Part shown: one piece after another, positions 38,385 to 50,991 of the stretch | Position numbering within the stretch: position 1 is the stretch's first letter | Layout: the number at the start of each line of letters is the position of its first letter | From: Schmidtea polychroa | Taxonomy: Eukaryota | Length of the DNA stretch: 64,000 bases | Assembly (NCBI GenBank): GCA_044892525.1 | Contig: CM097885.1 | Location: 127,100,001-127,164,000, forward strand | Direction of reading: 5' to 3' | Notes under the pieces: model-generated | The model's database searches: none | What the model was told of the DNA's origin: nothing | The model's input: only the letters and a program-made list of their open reading frames with translations | Program-made: the position numbers and the translations under genes

Positions 38385-39620
38385 TACCATCGGCTCCCTG
38401 GCCGGTTTAATCAACTCTCTTATTTCATTTAAATCATTTATTTTCATTCAATTACCATCGGCTCTCTGGCCGGTTTAATCAACTCATTTTAATCTCATGA
38501 AGTCTTTTACGACTCCTAGACGCCTGGGCTTTAACACCATTACGCCATATAATTCACTATCAACCATCAACGCTTCGGTTTATTCGACCTCCGCGTCGGC
38601 ATCGGCTTCCGGCCGGTTTAATTATACTTTTAATCTCCGAAGTCTTTTACGACTCCTAGACGCCTGGGTATTTACACCATTACGCCATATAATTCACTAT
38701 CAACCATCAACGCTTCGGTTTATTAGACCTCCGCGTCGGCATCGGCTTCCGGCCGGTTTAATTATACTTTTAATCTTTGAAGTCTTTTACGACTCCTAGA
38801 CGCCTGGGCTTTTACACCTTTACGCCGTATTCGCGGTCTTCGGTCCCTGATCGGTTTCAAATGCCCTAAATGAGGTTTCTTCAACCCCCAGACGCCTTCA
38901 GTTTTTACACCTACTATCGTCCCTACCGCGATTAAATTGAGTTGACAGTTGACTTTCGGACCAATTAAAAATTTAAGGTTCCTCCTACTCAAATTATTAA
39001 TCTGCTGAGGCCTCACAACTAGCTCAATTCTTGGCCGCCTATTGAAAAGAGTTTAATACCGGTAACCCTAATCTCATCGCCGTTTCACTGGGCCTATCGG
39101 TACTCGGTGTGGGCATCCGGGTTTTGTACCGACCCCTGCTAGCAATAATCACGAAGGAAAAAACATCCTATCTATCAGGATTTAAAAAAAACACGGAAAT
39201 GCCTAATCGCCTTGATCGTGATTCTCAAAAGTGATGAACCAGATCTCCCGACTAGTGAAGATAAAAGGAAATTGGATATGCAGTTGACTTTCGGTCTTCC
39301 GCCTCACAACTGGTCCAATCTTGGTTGCCTATTGAGTACGAGTCCTTTACCGGTTGACTCGCATCTCACAACCGTTTCACTGGGCTCCTTGATACTCGGT
39401 GTAGGTAACTGGGTCTCTCTCGCTCGCTACCCGTCCGGGTTTTTGTATCAAGTCCCGCTAGCCAATCAAAAAAAAATGCACCCAATACTCGGTGTGGGTA
39501 TCCGGGTTTTTGTATTGGGTGATCCAGCATCATCAGTCCCTTGGCTGATAATCTCCTGGACACTACAGTCCGGTGGTTAGCCGCTGTACTCGGGTGCCTC
39601 ATCACTCGCTAGGGAAAAAT
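38385..39620. repeat. GC-rich repeats in the element leader
   Basis: 140-bp unit starting at 38499, 38639 and 38779 (third partial); duplicated blocks at 38385/38455 and about 38945-39150, 39280-39470 and 39485-39520. Confidence 0.8.
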
Positions 39621-40218
39621 TCATATCATCCAATTTGAAGTCCAAAAACGGTTTCTTCAAATCCGCAGCTGCTCTCGGATAATTAAAATTTTTATCTTTT
39701 GGTGCACCTTTTCAATTTTTATTTTTTATCTTTTTCTTTTTATTTACCTTCTAGTTTGTCCTTGTCTCCCAAATTCAAAAAATATAATAATCGCGTTGGT
39801 TCATTTCCCACAAGTGGTGATCAGTCACTCGACAGAAACTCCCCAACATTTGCGATGGGCCCTACTATACTCTTCTCATCAAGGTGATCAGGATTTCCCC
39901 ATCCGGGTAAGCATCGTAGGGACGATATGCTTCTCATCCCCTTATGGTCCTGTCTCTCTATGCCAAAAATAAAAAAAAACAGGAAAAAAAAATGGTAATC
40001 GTACTGATCTTATAGATCAGCTCACACTTGATGCGATCCCAGCCAGTCCTGTATTTAATTCACGGCTTTCGCCAATTTAATTTGTGTGTTGCTTGTCTAT
40101 TTATTTAACGGCTTTTGTGTATTTCATATGTCTATGTTCAACGTATGTTTTATACCTTTCGGTTGCTATTATGGAATTAGTTTTACTAACATTCTACTAA
40201 CTCACACTCGGCTGCAAT

Positions 40219-40630
40219 TCATTTCATCATCTTCAATTTTTCTACATCTCCCTCAGGGAGGTACACTACTACTCTTTCTCTCATGTTTGCGTCACATACA
40301 TTACAATCGCTTCAGTTTCAATGCACAATCTTGGCAATAACATAGATGTCCGCAAGGTACCATCATTATTTTTATCTCATTGCTTCTACACACACAACAT
40401 TTGAATTCATTATCGATCGCCTCTCTTATCGCATCTTCAACCGTTTAAATTTTTATCTTTAATTCTTGCCATTTGATGTTAAATTTGGCCTTATCTAAAC
40501 GTAAATTCTGAATCTGATATACTCTTTGAGTAGTTAATTCCACATTTGGTGTAGCAATTCTCGTCATTATACACAATTCATCATCTACTGGTCTTGGTTT
40601 TAAGATCAGCCCTTCTTGAGTGTTTGCCAA
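40219..40630 (-). pseudogene. Decayed ORF ending in an IAP/MDM2-type RING-HC finger
   Basis: KCCVCRSNEIKIMMVPCGHLCYCQDCALKLKR, then a frameshift, then CNVCDANMRERVVVYLP. RING starts at 40399; one in-frame stop at 40445. Confidence 0.75.
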
Positions 40631-41480
40631 CTGCTCTGCTTTTCAATTCAATCTTTGTAGTGAGTTTTACGAATTTTCAAGTTTCTTTATAATGTAGCCG
40701 GTTAATTCCATCAAGTTATACTTTATTAATTCAGCATTTTATTAAGTGTTCTTATTCCCCTTTAATTAGCTTAACCTCTACCCATTTATTTCCTTATTCA
40801 AATTATGTAAGTTCAATAGCTGTTTTACCCTGTTAGTTTAGGCTCCCAATCCATTAAATGATGTTCCGCGCATTCTTATCCGTTCCCTCTAGTTTATTAT
40901 CTTAGTCTACATAACCCTTTTGATCCCAGCTTGTCCATAATTTTAGACATTTTATCAAATACTCAATATACCCCTTTAATCTTTAACGTAGTTTTACATC
41001 TTCCCCCTATTTTTAATTAATTGCATTATCTATCTATTTCTATTTCGCAATTCACTGTTTCATGCTTTATCCCCCTTTTCTATAGACCGTTATCATCTAT
41101 CCCCCCTTTTCCCTATTTTTGAATTTTTTATTATTTTCTTATATTTACAAAGTATTAGTTGTTTATATTTACAATTTTTATTATTTTTGATTTTTATTTC
41201 ATTTCTTACCCATCAACATTCTATCCCATCAACACGGAACGCTCATACATTATTCTCATACCCAGTTTTATCGATTTTCTATATTTACATAATTTAAAAC
41301 ATTTTATTCATCATGTACAACGTTCAACATTCATTTTGATCTTACACGCATATTCACACATCATGTCTAGTTATTTGAGAAAACAATCTTTCTTACTCTT
41401 GCATAAAGCATTTCATTTCCTGATCATAAAAACGCTATGCATTCCCGTCTACTTACAGGTTCTTTACCAAGAAAGTTTAT

Positions 41481-41499
41481 AATCCCGGCTGAGCCCCCA
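41481..41499 (-). promoter_or_regulatory. Primer-binding site, tRNA-Pro-like
   Basis: TGGGGGCTCAGCCGGGATT is complementary to ...AAUCCCGGCUGAGCCCCCA; it lies 8 nt from the 5' LTR end. Confidence 0.8.
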
Positions 41500-41507
41500 A
41501 ATTTGTA

Positions 41508-44500
41508 TGGTGGGTTACTGATGATCAAATATTTTGCTCTTTAGTGCTGTTGCCAGCGTAACCCAAGATACAACATTGTTTACCGCTTGATACCCGTTGA
41601 ATGATCAACGTTGGTACTGTATCAAGAGGGTGAGTGCTCGCAAAAAGTGAGCGCACTACTTGCACTGTAATTGTCGAGCACTCTACTGGGTTCACGGACT
41701 GCCGATAGAAGGCTTGTGTCCGATTTGGCCTGGTCCCTTCACCAGATTGTCTTCCCAATACCATACCCTATTCATCCCCCTTATCTCCCACATACATCAT
41801 TTTTTCCAATTCATGCACACACGCTCATGTTTCATGTCAACTCTCTAGTGAAAGTTAATAATTATTTATTAAAACACCACACATAATTCAGGTTTATGTT
41901 GGGTTAATTTCCCGTTCAATCAAAATACCAAAAATTAATACTTAATTTTAATTCAGGCAATCCAGATTAAATTAAAGTTGAGTTTAATTATCCATATTTC
42001 TTTTCCTTTTAAAAATTAAATTTTCAATTAATAATAGAAATAAAAATTTAATCCCAGGTGTTTAAATCACCTATTTATAATTAACATAATTTTGATAATT
42101 TGAAATATTTTCTTTTTAACAAACCATTTTTTTATATATTAGTAATATTTTGCAATGAAGATTTTATCAGTTTTTTTTTTTTTTAATCATTGTTTACTAT
42201 GTAATGTCAGCTACAGTTAATGAAAATAATTGCGAAGGTATTTGGCACTTATTTTTATTATATTTAAAAATTGTTCAGTTTGTGTTAAGTTTGTGAGACG
42301 CCTGAAAGATAGTCTAGATGGAGATGAAAGTACAAATATCGAAAATATTGAAAATAAATTCAAAAAGATGAGCAAAACAAGTAAAGGAAAAGAATAAAGT
42401 CTGGTGAGGTATTATAACTGATTACTATAAAATTGTAATTTATTTTTAGTGTTATTATATTGGAGGATTGGTAACATCTACTGCATATATTGTAAAACAT
42501 TTGTCTCAGCCTTTGAGTTGGGTTATGCCCGCTGAAAAAGTCTGAAAAACTAAAAGCAATGGATTCACAAATTTGTGAATTAAAATATGGTATGTTCAGT
42601 TAAGATTTTAAATATTAATTCAACTATTTTTCAGACAAACCTATTGATCTTACTGGTATTAATCTAAACAAAGCTCGCGTTAAAGATCTCAAAAAATATT
42701 AGAAAGCTGGGGTGAAGAATGTAAAGGTTGTACAGAAAAAACTGATTTTATCCGATTAATAAATGAAAAATGCCCATTTATGATCTTAAAGCAGCCAAGC
42801 AAAGAAATAAAGCCGATTTGGAGTTTTTTCTTTTTGAGTTTTTATTCAGGATGTTGTAATTAAATAAAATATTAAAATTCTTTTTTACAATGATGTAAAT
42901 AAATTTGGTAATTGAAATTAATAAATTTAGTTTACTATTGGGTTTTGTCTTTTGATTTGATTTGAACATAATTTTGTCCATAATTTTTATAAATTATTCT
43001 ATCTTTATTACTTTAAAGGGGTTGTGTAAATTATTCCACAGGGGTCTTGAGGGGAAGATTATGGTATTGGTTATTTTCTAAAATCTATATATACATACAC
43101 ACATCCACATATATATACGTATACACATACACCCACACATATATGGATATAATTTAAATTAATAATATTGATGTCGTTTTCAGGGGGGGGTGTTACTAAA
43201 AATAGATTTTAGTGATTTTCCGTAATTTTATTGGAAGATAGGGCCATTGAAACTAAATTTAGAGATAGGGGAATCCGAAAATCGATAATTTTGTTTAAAA
43301 TTTTATTTTTATGAAATAATAATTACTTTAATAATATAATCAGTTTAGTGGGGTTACTGGGGAAAATAAAATCAATGATATCAATAAAATGTAATAGTAG
43401 TACTAATGATAGTAGCAGTAATGTTAAAATAACAATAATGATAAACGGCGAATGTACCTTGATATCTTTATGAAATTACCACGGGTATATAGCTTGGGGG
43501 TCATTTAGGAATTTTAAGAGTTATCATTTTAAAATCAAATATAAGATGAATATATACATATATATATAAGAGTAGTCTATCTTAGTGTAAATTTAGATAA
43601 ATATATAATTTGAGGGGGGTCATTTAGGAAATTTTACCACTTATATTTTTTATTATAATGTAAGTTAAATATATATTAAAATAAGCCAATTTAGTATGTA
43701 TAAGTTTGAGGGGGTGCTCGTGAAAAAGGTAAGTTATACTTTTATAAGTTTCAAATATACATATGTAAGTTAGATTATGAATCTGGACATTTGTTTCGAC
43801 CATTACGTAACTTGGGGGGGGTATTTATAAAATATTTACAACTTATTATAGATTATATTTTTATCGCTAACGTAGTTTATATTTTATACTTTTATGACCA
43901 AATTAAGATTATAATTTATAGTCTTTCAGCTAATATAAGTTTATAATTTATATTTTTATGAAGTTAAATTTATAGTTTATATTTCTAAAGCTAATATAAT
44001 TTTATAATTTATACTTTTAAGTTTATAATTTATATTTTATGAAGTTAAGTTAAATTTATAGTTTATATTTTAAAGCTAATATAATTTTATAATTTATACT
44101 TTTAAGTTTATAATTTATATTTTATGAAGTTAAGTTAAATTTATAGTTTATATTTTAAAGCTAATATAATTTTATAATTTATATTTTTATGAAGTTAAAT
44201 TTATAGTTTATATTTCTAAAGCTAATATAATTTTATAATTTATACTTTTAAGTTTATAATTTATATTTTATGAAGTTAAGTTAAATTTATAGTTTATATT
44301 TTAAAGCTAATATAATTTTATAATTTATACTTTTAAGTTTATAATTTATATTTTATGAAGTTAAGTTAAATTTATAGTTTATATTTTAAAGCTAATATAA
44401 TTTTATAATTTATATTTTTATGAAGTTAAATTTATAGTTTATATTTTAGAGCCCATATAATTTTATAATTTATACTTTTAAGTCTATAATTTATATTTGG

Positions 44501-46335
44501 TGAAGTTCAATTTATAGTTTATATTTCCAAAGCTAATATAATTTTATAATTTATATTTTTATGAAGTTAAGATTATAATTTATAATTTTTATCGTCAATA
44601 CAAATTTGTAATTTATAATTTCAAGAAATTAAATTTATAATTTATACCTTTATAACTAATCGTAATTTACATTTTGAAGAAATTAAATCTATAAGTATAA
44701 TTCACATTTTTATGAAATTGAGAGGATAATTTATACTGTTATGGGTTTACGATTTGAATTTTTATAGTTAGTTTAGAGTCTATTCAATTTAAAATCCAAG
44801 TCTTGCTGATGCGCATGTCGAACACCTTTATGAATACTATCACTACTAAATCAATCATTTTTAAAAAATCTTTACTTTACACTATTACTAGAAAATTTAT
44901 TTAAGACATTTATAAATCTAGATTCGACAAACGTATAGGTAGAGTTGGTTCTTGATGATATTTAACCGTCTACATTAATTGTGAATTGTAGAGTTGTGAT
45001 TAATTTAGGTCTGAGATCTACTCTGTTTATCAACCTTAGTGTATTGTATTGTGATGATTTTGGATGTAGAGTTTAACTATGTAAATTATTCATGCATTGA
45101 AAGTCGGGAAGAGTGTTTGCTTTCGCGGCCCCACTGTGACCACTACGACAAACCTTACTGTTGTGTGGTAAGTCAACCCTTTACGGCTGACCTATAATAA
45201 ATAGGTAGAGTCAGACGGAGGATTTCATCGACTTAACTCCATGGCAGAACCATGAAGTGGTGCGACCTCCGAATGACCTGAACAAAAAAAAACAAATAAT
45301 ATTGATAAGTGCGTGCCAGGCAGTGGCCTGCAATCATTGTGGGCTGTTTAATCATCGATGATAAAGTGCATAGGTGCAGGGTTGACTGGGATCTCGCTCC
45401 AAAATCAATGATAACCGACGATCTCACTCAAACCTACATTTCTATAGTTAAAAAGAAATAATGAAAACAAGGTTTCAATAATAATAATTTATAATTCACA
45501 ATGAAATCGTCCTTACCTACAATCTCAGAAAAATCAAAATCAAAAATTTGGCATAAGAGTAAACATTAGCATATTTTGCTTGCTTAAAAAGTGACGAAAT
45601 GTGTTAGTTTATATAGCCTCTGTTTGACGTGTAAGTATACATGCGTGCATTGATGCAGTAAAACAAATTCGAATTATTTTAATTCTCGAACATTCGATTT
45701 TTAATTTTTATCGATTTTAATGGCGATTTTTCAGTAAGAATTTTTGTTTTTATTTTTGAAATTTTATTTTCGAATTATTTTTTATTAAATTTGCCTCCAT
45801 GATGGATTTCAGCATTTCCAGAACATTCCATGCTAAATTTAATCTATTTCTTGTTTTTAAATTGTTTTTATGATTTCTTTTCTAAAAAATTTATTTTTTA
45901 AACTAAAATATTTATTTTTTATAACTTTTATTGGGTCGTTTGGCGGTCATGATGGATTTCGCCATTTTTATGAATTGTTCTGGATTTTTATTCGAAATAT
46001 CGATATAATTTTCTTTTCGTAAGATTTTATGGAGATTTCCTTTAATTTTCTTTTTGAAATTTTACTAATCGCCTTTATCCGAATTTGTTTTTTGTTGTTT
46101 TATGTCTTTCGGTTATATTTGAGTAAATTTTCGTGTAATACTTCTTGCTCGTGTTTTATTTTATTTTTAATTCAGATGTTTTATTTTTGGGTATATTATC
46201 TCTCTATTATCATTGTTTACTTGGTGTTTTATATATTTTTATTTAAGTAAACTTAATGCTGGGTATGCGTGTTGTGTACTGACACATTTCGTCCCATTCC
46301 TAACTTTGGGTCTAGAAATCAGTTCTAGCCCAACA
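41508..46335 (-). repeat. 5' LTR of element A (4828 bp)
   Basis: TGTTGGGCTAG...AACCCACCA on the minus strand; candidate TATA box at 45608-45615 and a leader GTAAGG donor near 45515. Confidence 0.95.
42155..42823 (+). pseudogene. MANF: Captured MANF/ARMET gene, second copy, in the 5' LTR
   Basis: Copy of 26624-27292 at offset +15531 with the same lesions. Confidence 0.9.
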
Positions 46336-46484
46336 CAAGTTAAAATTAAAATGAACAGACACAAAATCAGCCAAACAAATTCAATTACTAAATCCTAAAA
46401 ATTACATATTATTTCATATAAATTTTAACATAAAATTAACATATAAATCATTAACATAAAATTAACAAAAATCAAATTTACCTC

Positions 46485-46660
46485 ACCATGCATGCATAAA
46501 ACTGACAATCGAGAGCCACGGGATTTGCATTGTCTACTGTAGCAATTTTCAGTTAACCAGTTGAGCGTGACCTCTCCATTTTTTTAAAAATGAAATTTCA
46601 CTCAGTATTTATACTGATTGAATTATACGCCTACGCATTCTCTGATACTATATCCAATTA
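46485..46660 (-). promoter_or_regulatory. Element E promoter/leader (TATAAATA ... ATG|GTGAGG)
   Basis: Inverted homologue of 21340-21530. Confidence 0.5.
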
Positions 46661-47603
46661 GAATGCGAGGCAATTCTGATTAATTTTTGCATGCATGCAT
46701 GAATGTGTGTAATTGTTTATTTTTTAATTAAATTAATTTAATTAATCAAAATTCTAATTTTTATTAATTTTTAAGATTCATTTTTATAAATTCTATAATT
46801 TAAATAGTTTTGCTAATTTTAATTTAGTTTTACAAGTTTTATAATTTAAATAAGTTCAGTTAATTTTACTTTAGTTTCATTAATTTAAACAATTTGGTTT
46901 TATAAGTTTTATAATTTAAATAATTTTGTTGGTTTTATTTTTAGTTTTCATTAAACAATTTAGTTTTATAAATTTTATGGTTTATCTAATTTTACTAATT
47001 TTATTCTTCTTTTTATTATTTTACTAGATAATTTATTTTAAATTTAAATTTATTCATTTAGAAATTTTTCATATTATTAATTAGTTTATTACCCATTATT
47101 TTATTCATTATTATTTTATTTCTCAGTTGTCAGCTATTCCGAATGCGATCTTTCTCCTAATTGTTGGGGCACCACTCGGTTGACCATCCTGTATTAACAC
47201 TCTGCTCTAAGGGATGATTGTCCATTTTGCCTAACAGCTCAACCTTGAGTCGAACCCCACATAATCCTCCCTCCAACATAGCACCCGTGAATTGCTTCAC
47301 GTTGGTACTGTGCTATGCCGGCGAGACGTCAGTAAGCAGGTGAGCCCCTACCTTAGGACTACTCCTTACTGAGGCCTCGACTTCCTCTCACTCGACTGCC
47401 GATAGAAGGACTTACGTCTAATCACGCTGACAAAGCTCACGCTAACGTACACGAATGCAAATCTACTGAGATAGGTCAGACTCAAAAAAAACTTTCATCC
47501 ACCCCTGACCGATACTTATTTTCTCACCAAAATCAAAAATAAGAAAAACATCGCATTTATTACAATGTCATGACACTGAATTTTTGGTACATTACAGAAT
47601 CCG

Positions 47604-49070
47604 ATGACAACGCTAAAAATTTTTGGTAAAAGTCCCCAGAGCTTAGTAGAATTACTTCATATAACATTCACTAGCACTGGGGCAGAAATCAATGAGTTCT
47701 TTATTGCTTTTCAGCTTTTTAACTATTTTTCAGGAATCATTGAAATGTCGAAGGATCTCCGAACTGCTTGCTGGGATTGTATTGGCTCCAATATTCGAGA
47801 TATAAGCCAAAACACATATAGATATGCTGACAAGCTCATCTCGGGATGTTTTGTAATTGAAAACCTGGTCCGAGAACAGCATATAGAATTCCTGGATGCA
47901 TTCGAATCTGCTATAAAAATATGGCAATCTAACGTAAATTATAATCAAAATTACATTACTTTTAAGAATAATAATTCGTTAGAAAAACATGCTTTTTTCA
48001 AGAAAAATTTTAAATTTAAAGAAAAAATTAATTTTAAAGAAAACCCCAATAATTTTAAAAACACCTTAGATAAAATTAAGATAAGTAACGAAAATTTTAT
48101 TAATAAAAATAAAAATAAAAACGTGAAATATTTTAAAAATACCTTTGATAAAGCTAAAATAAGTAATGAAAATTTTAAAAATTTACAATTCCCTGGAAAA
48201 AAGCATGTTAATAATTGGTTCTTTAATGATTTCAGAAATAAAGAACTTTATAAAAAATCCAAAAAATCCAGAAATAAAAAACGAAAATTAAAGAAAAAAC
48301 AAATTCAGAATAATTTGTTTATAAATCCTTCAAAATCCAGATCCGATGACAACGCTAAAAATTTTTTTCGTCCTCCGTCGGAGGACGAAAAAATTATACG
48401 CAGCTCGCCGGCCTTCGGCCCACTCCAGAAACCTGCTTATTACAGGTCAACGGTATCCACGATGGCAAATTCCACAAACAAACCTCTTTATGGTAAACCA
48501 AAACCAACCATCAAATTATGGAACCCGAAATCCTCAATTTATATAAACTTACCAAGACCCCACTATACTAGTCCTATTCCAAAGAAACCACTTACTATCC
48601 AAGAACTCTTTAATCGTAAGAAACGTAAAATTAAACATAATATGCGTTTTGAATACCTCTTAACAAATAAGGAACCAATTTATTCAGAAATCATAATCAG
48701 CAATACCAATGTACCAGATTCGAAAATCTCCAATCTTACTAACATCAACCTAATAGACGATAGCCCGATAAAAAATGAAAACGACACTTACTTACCAGCT
48801 AAAAACAACACCGATAATACCGATAATACCAAACTAACACCGAAAACTTCAGAACCAGATAAAATTAACTTATCGAAAGTAAGAAACATTGGTCTAATTG
48901 ACGATAGCATAATCCAACATGAAATTGATAATGATGATAGCATAACCGAACCAGAAAGTGACAGTGATGATGAATATTACCCCCATGTAGAAACTAATTC
49001 GGATGATAACTGGACCCCTACATCTTTAGAGATATTAAAGAACGCCATAACCTTTTGTTTGGTACTATAA
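47604..49070 (+). CDS. 488-aa Asn/Lys-rich ORF of unknown function
   Basis: Open frame; repeats such as FKNTLDKIKISNENF / FKNTFDKAKISNENF; similar in composition and some sequence to 57031-58389. Confidence 0.5.
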   Translation: MTTLKIFGKSPQSLVELLHITFTSTGAEINEFFIAFQLFNYFSGIIEMSKDLRTACWDCIGSNIRDISQNTYRYADKLISGCFVIENLVREQHIEFLDAFESAIKIWQSNVNYNQNYITFKNNNSLEKHAFFKKNFKFKEKINFKENPNNFKNTLDKIKISNENFINKNKNKNVKYFKNTFDKAKISNENFKNLQFPGKKHVNNWFFNDFRNKELYKKSKKSRNKKRKLKKKQIQNNLFINPSKSRSDDNAKNFFRPPSEDEKIIRSSPAFGPLQKPAYYRSTVSTMANSTNKPLYGKPKPTIKLWNPKSSIYINLPRPHYTSPIPKKPLTIQELFNRKKRKIKHNMRFEYLLTNKEPIYSEIIISNTNVPDSKISNLTNINLIDDSPIKNENDTYLPAKNNTDNTDNTKLTPKTSEPDKINLSKVRNIGLIDDSIIQHEIDNDDSITEPESDSDDEYYPHVETNSDDNWTPTSLEILKNAITFCLVL

Positions 49071-49209
49071 TTACAATAAACGGCGTAAAACCACAATGCG
49101 AAACCTTGATGACTCTTGAACAAATAGTTTACTATAATTTACTTTCTGACAGATATGATGACAGACAGAGCCTTTTTTCAGAAAACAAAAATATTAAAAA
49201 CTTGAAAAT

Positions 49210-49575
49210 ATGCCAAAAATAGAAAAACCATTCAATGATAGACCAATCGTAGCGAACCCCGATGATGCTTTAATCCTCGAAGAGAAAATGTTATTGAATA
49301 TGTTCTTTGAAATCCAGGGCACAAAAGGCAATATATCTGAACTTAACTATAGTGAATATTTGACAGACATGCATAAAGAATACTTTTCAAATAGAATTAA
49401 AAATGTAAAAAAATTCCGACCTGACCTCATTGATAAAAGAATTTCCCATAAAATTAAAATGATTGATAAAATACCCAATTTAAAAGAAACTTCAAAAAAT
49501 ACCATATTATCAAATATTCATAAGAAAACCCCGAAAAAAGCTAATAACAAAAAGAAGAAGGGAAAACGTAATTAA
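49210..49575 (+). CDS. 121-aa basic ORF of unknown function
   Basis: ATG-initiated, with a Lys-rich C-terminus, just before the shared 3' module. Confidence 0.35.
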   Translation: MPKIEKPFNDRPIVANPDDALILEEKMLLNMFFEIQGTKGNISELNYSEYLTDMHKEYFSNRIKNVKKFRPDLIDKRISHKIKMIDKIPNLKETSKNTILSNIHKKTPKKANNKKKKGKRN

Positions 49576-50197
49576 GTGATTATATTATCAATAGGTCAAT
49601 GTAGGAGTCCTTGTATGGGCTCCACCTAACTGATAATACCTTTTTAGTCGTTAATATTTATAATATAAAACCTATTCCCTTAAACCTCCTTACCTTGAAC
49701 ACCATTCCTTCCAATCCTTACTATAGTATATTGTATAATATCTGACGGCTACAAAAATCGCAAATGGAGTCTTCTTACTCCGAATTATTAAATTCATTTA
49801 GATATGTGTGTGCACAGAATGCTTGCTGACAGAATACTTTATGGAGAACCGCGTTTGAAGCCAGAATTCGAAGACTGATATTGGGAAAGAAAAAACTAAA
49901 CCACCGCTTGCTGATAAAATACTTGATTGTGAAAGAAACTATTAATCTCCTACGTAATGTATGCCCAGGATGATTGATGATAAAATACTTAGAAAAAAAA
50001 ACCACGTTTGATGCCAGAGTTCCTAACTCCAGCATCCAAAGAGAACAAACATAAAAATTTCAGTTTATTTAAGGGTGAGAACCGTTCTCTCCTTCGGCCT
50101 TGAGTCAGTTCGATTTACATAAAATAAAATTTGATTTTTTTTTTTTTTTTTTTTTTTCACCGTCAAAGGAAATTCAACGAAAATGTAAGACATCAGA

Positions 50198-50991
50198 TTA
50201 CAGCAAAGGTCCGTTATTGAGATCAAATCGCGGTGGTTGTTCATTTTTCCATTCGGTATCCTTCAACAATTCATCTAAATCGAAAAATTCCACGGCGTCC
50301 TCCTCCCACGTCACCCCTGTGGCTGAGACAATCCGCGCTGGGATCCCTGCGGTGAGGTCGATGGAGACATGAGAGTTATCGCCAGTGGGGAGATTTCCTG
50401 TAGAGAAGTCGTTGGATTTCGCTGATGCTCGCGCACGCTGTCTCTTCTTGCGCTCAGCCCGTGATAATTGTTTACGTTTTGGCTTTGAAGATAATGGATT
50501 GTTCAAGGGTGCTGCAGATGTAGAAGTGAGGTTAGGCGGCACCTGACTAGCTTTAATGAAGACGACTTCGGGTTGGCTTGGTTAGAGCTGAGTGTCTACA
50601 CATTGTCGGCAGGACTTTTTGGAAGGGGGCGACGATATGACCGAAGGATCATGATGCGCCGGAAAGAGCTCATCGGCTTCACGTATGGGGATATTCACAA
50701 TCTTCTGGGTAGTTGTCGCCTGCACGTACACCTTGTGCAGTGCCTCGGACTGCTCCTTTATTAGGCTTCTTTGGGCACGGCTTTCGGTGATCAAAGCGTC
50801 CCGACAATGCTCACTACGGTAGAGCCTCTTCCTGATCTCTTTCACCTGAGCGGGACTGAACCAGGTCCCCTCTAACTCATCTATTTTCTTTTTGTACTTC
50901 CCAATTTGGGTCTGTAGGTCTTTGATGATTGCATTCTTGTCGGAACAAGAAAAACAGGGTCTGAGAACGGTTTTTGAATTGGGTATCATAT
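50198..50991 (-). pseudogene. LTR-internal exon/ORF (about 264 codons) with one in-frame stop
   Basis: ORFs 50582-50989 and 50198-50542 are in the same frame; TTCAG acceptor at 50992-50993; CxxC, coiled coil and a basic NLS-like stretch. Confidence 0.55.

Larger units (their letters stand above)
25977..46335 (-). mobile_element. Giant (20.4 kb) pol-less LTR retroelement A, Ty3/Gypsy-type Gag
   Basis: Two nearly identical ~4.83 kb direct repeats with TG...CA ends on the minus strand; 4-bp TSD CAAG; PBS; internal gag ORF. Confidence 0.93.
47599..50157 (+). mobile_element. Probable non-autonomous relative of the NeSL-like element, nested in D
   Basis: Asn/Lys-rich ORF, a ~55-nt motif and a 3' module ending AAATAAAATTTGA(T)23, all shared with 57055-63409; no RT. 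Boundaries approximate. Confidence 0.5.

Noticed and set aside
25977-46335. The 4.8 kb duplication as a segmental duplication or assembly artefact
   Set aside because: TG...CA ends, the CAAG TSD, a PBS, internal gag and small differences between the copies all fit LTRs.
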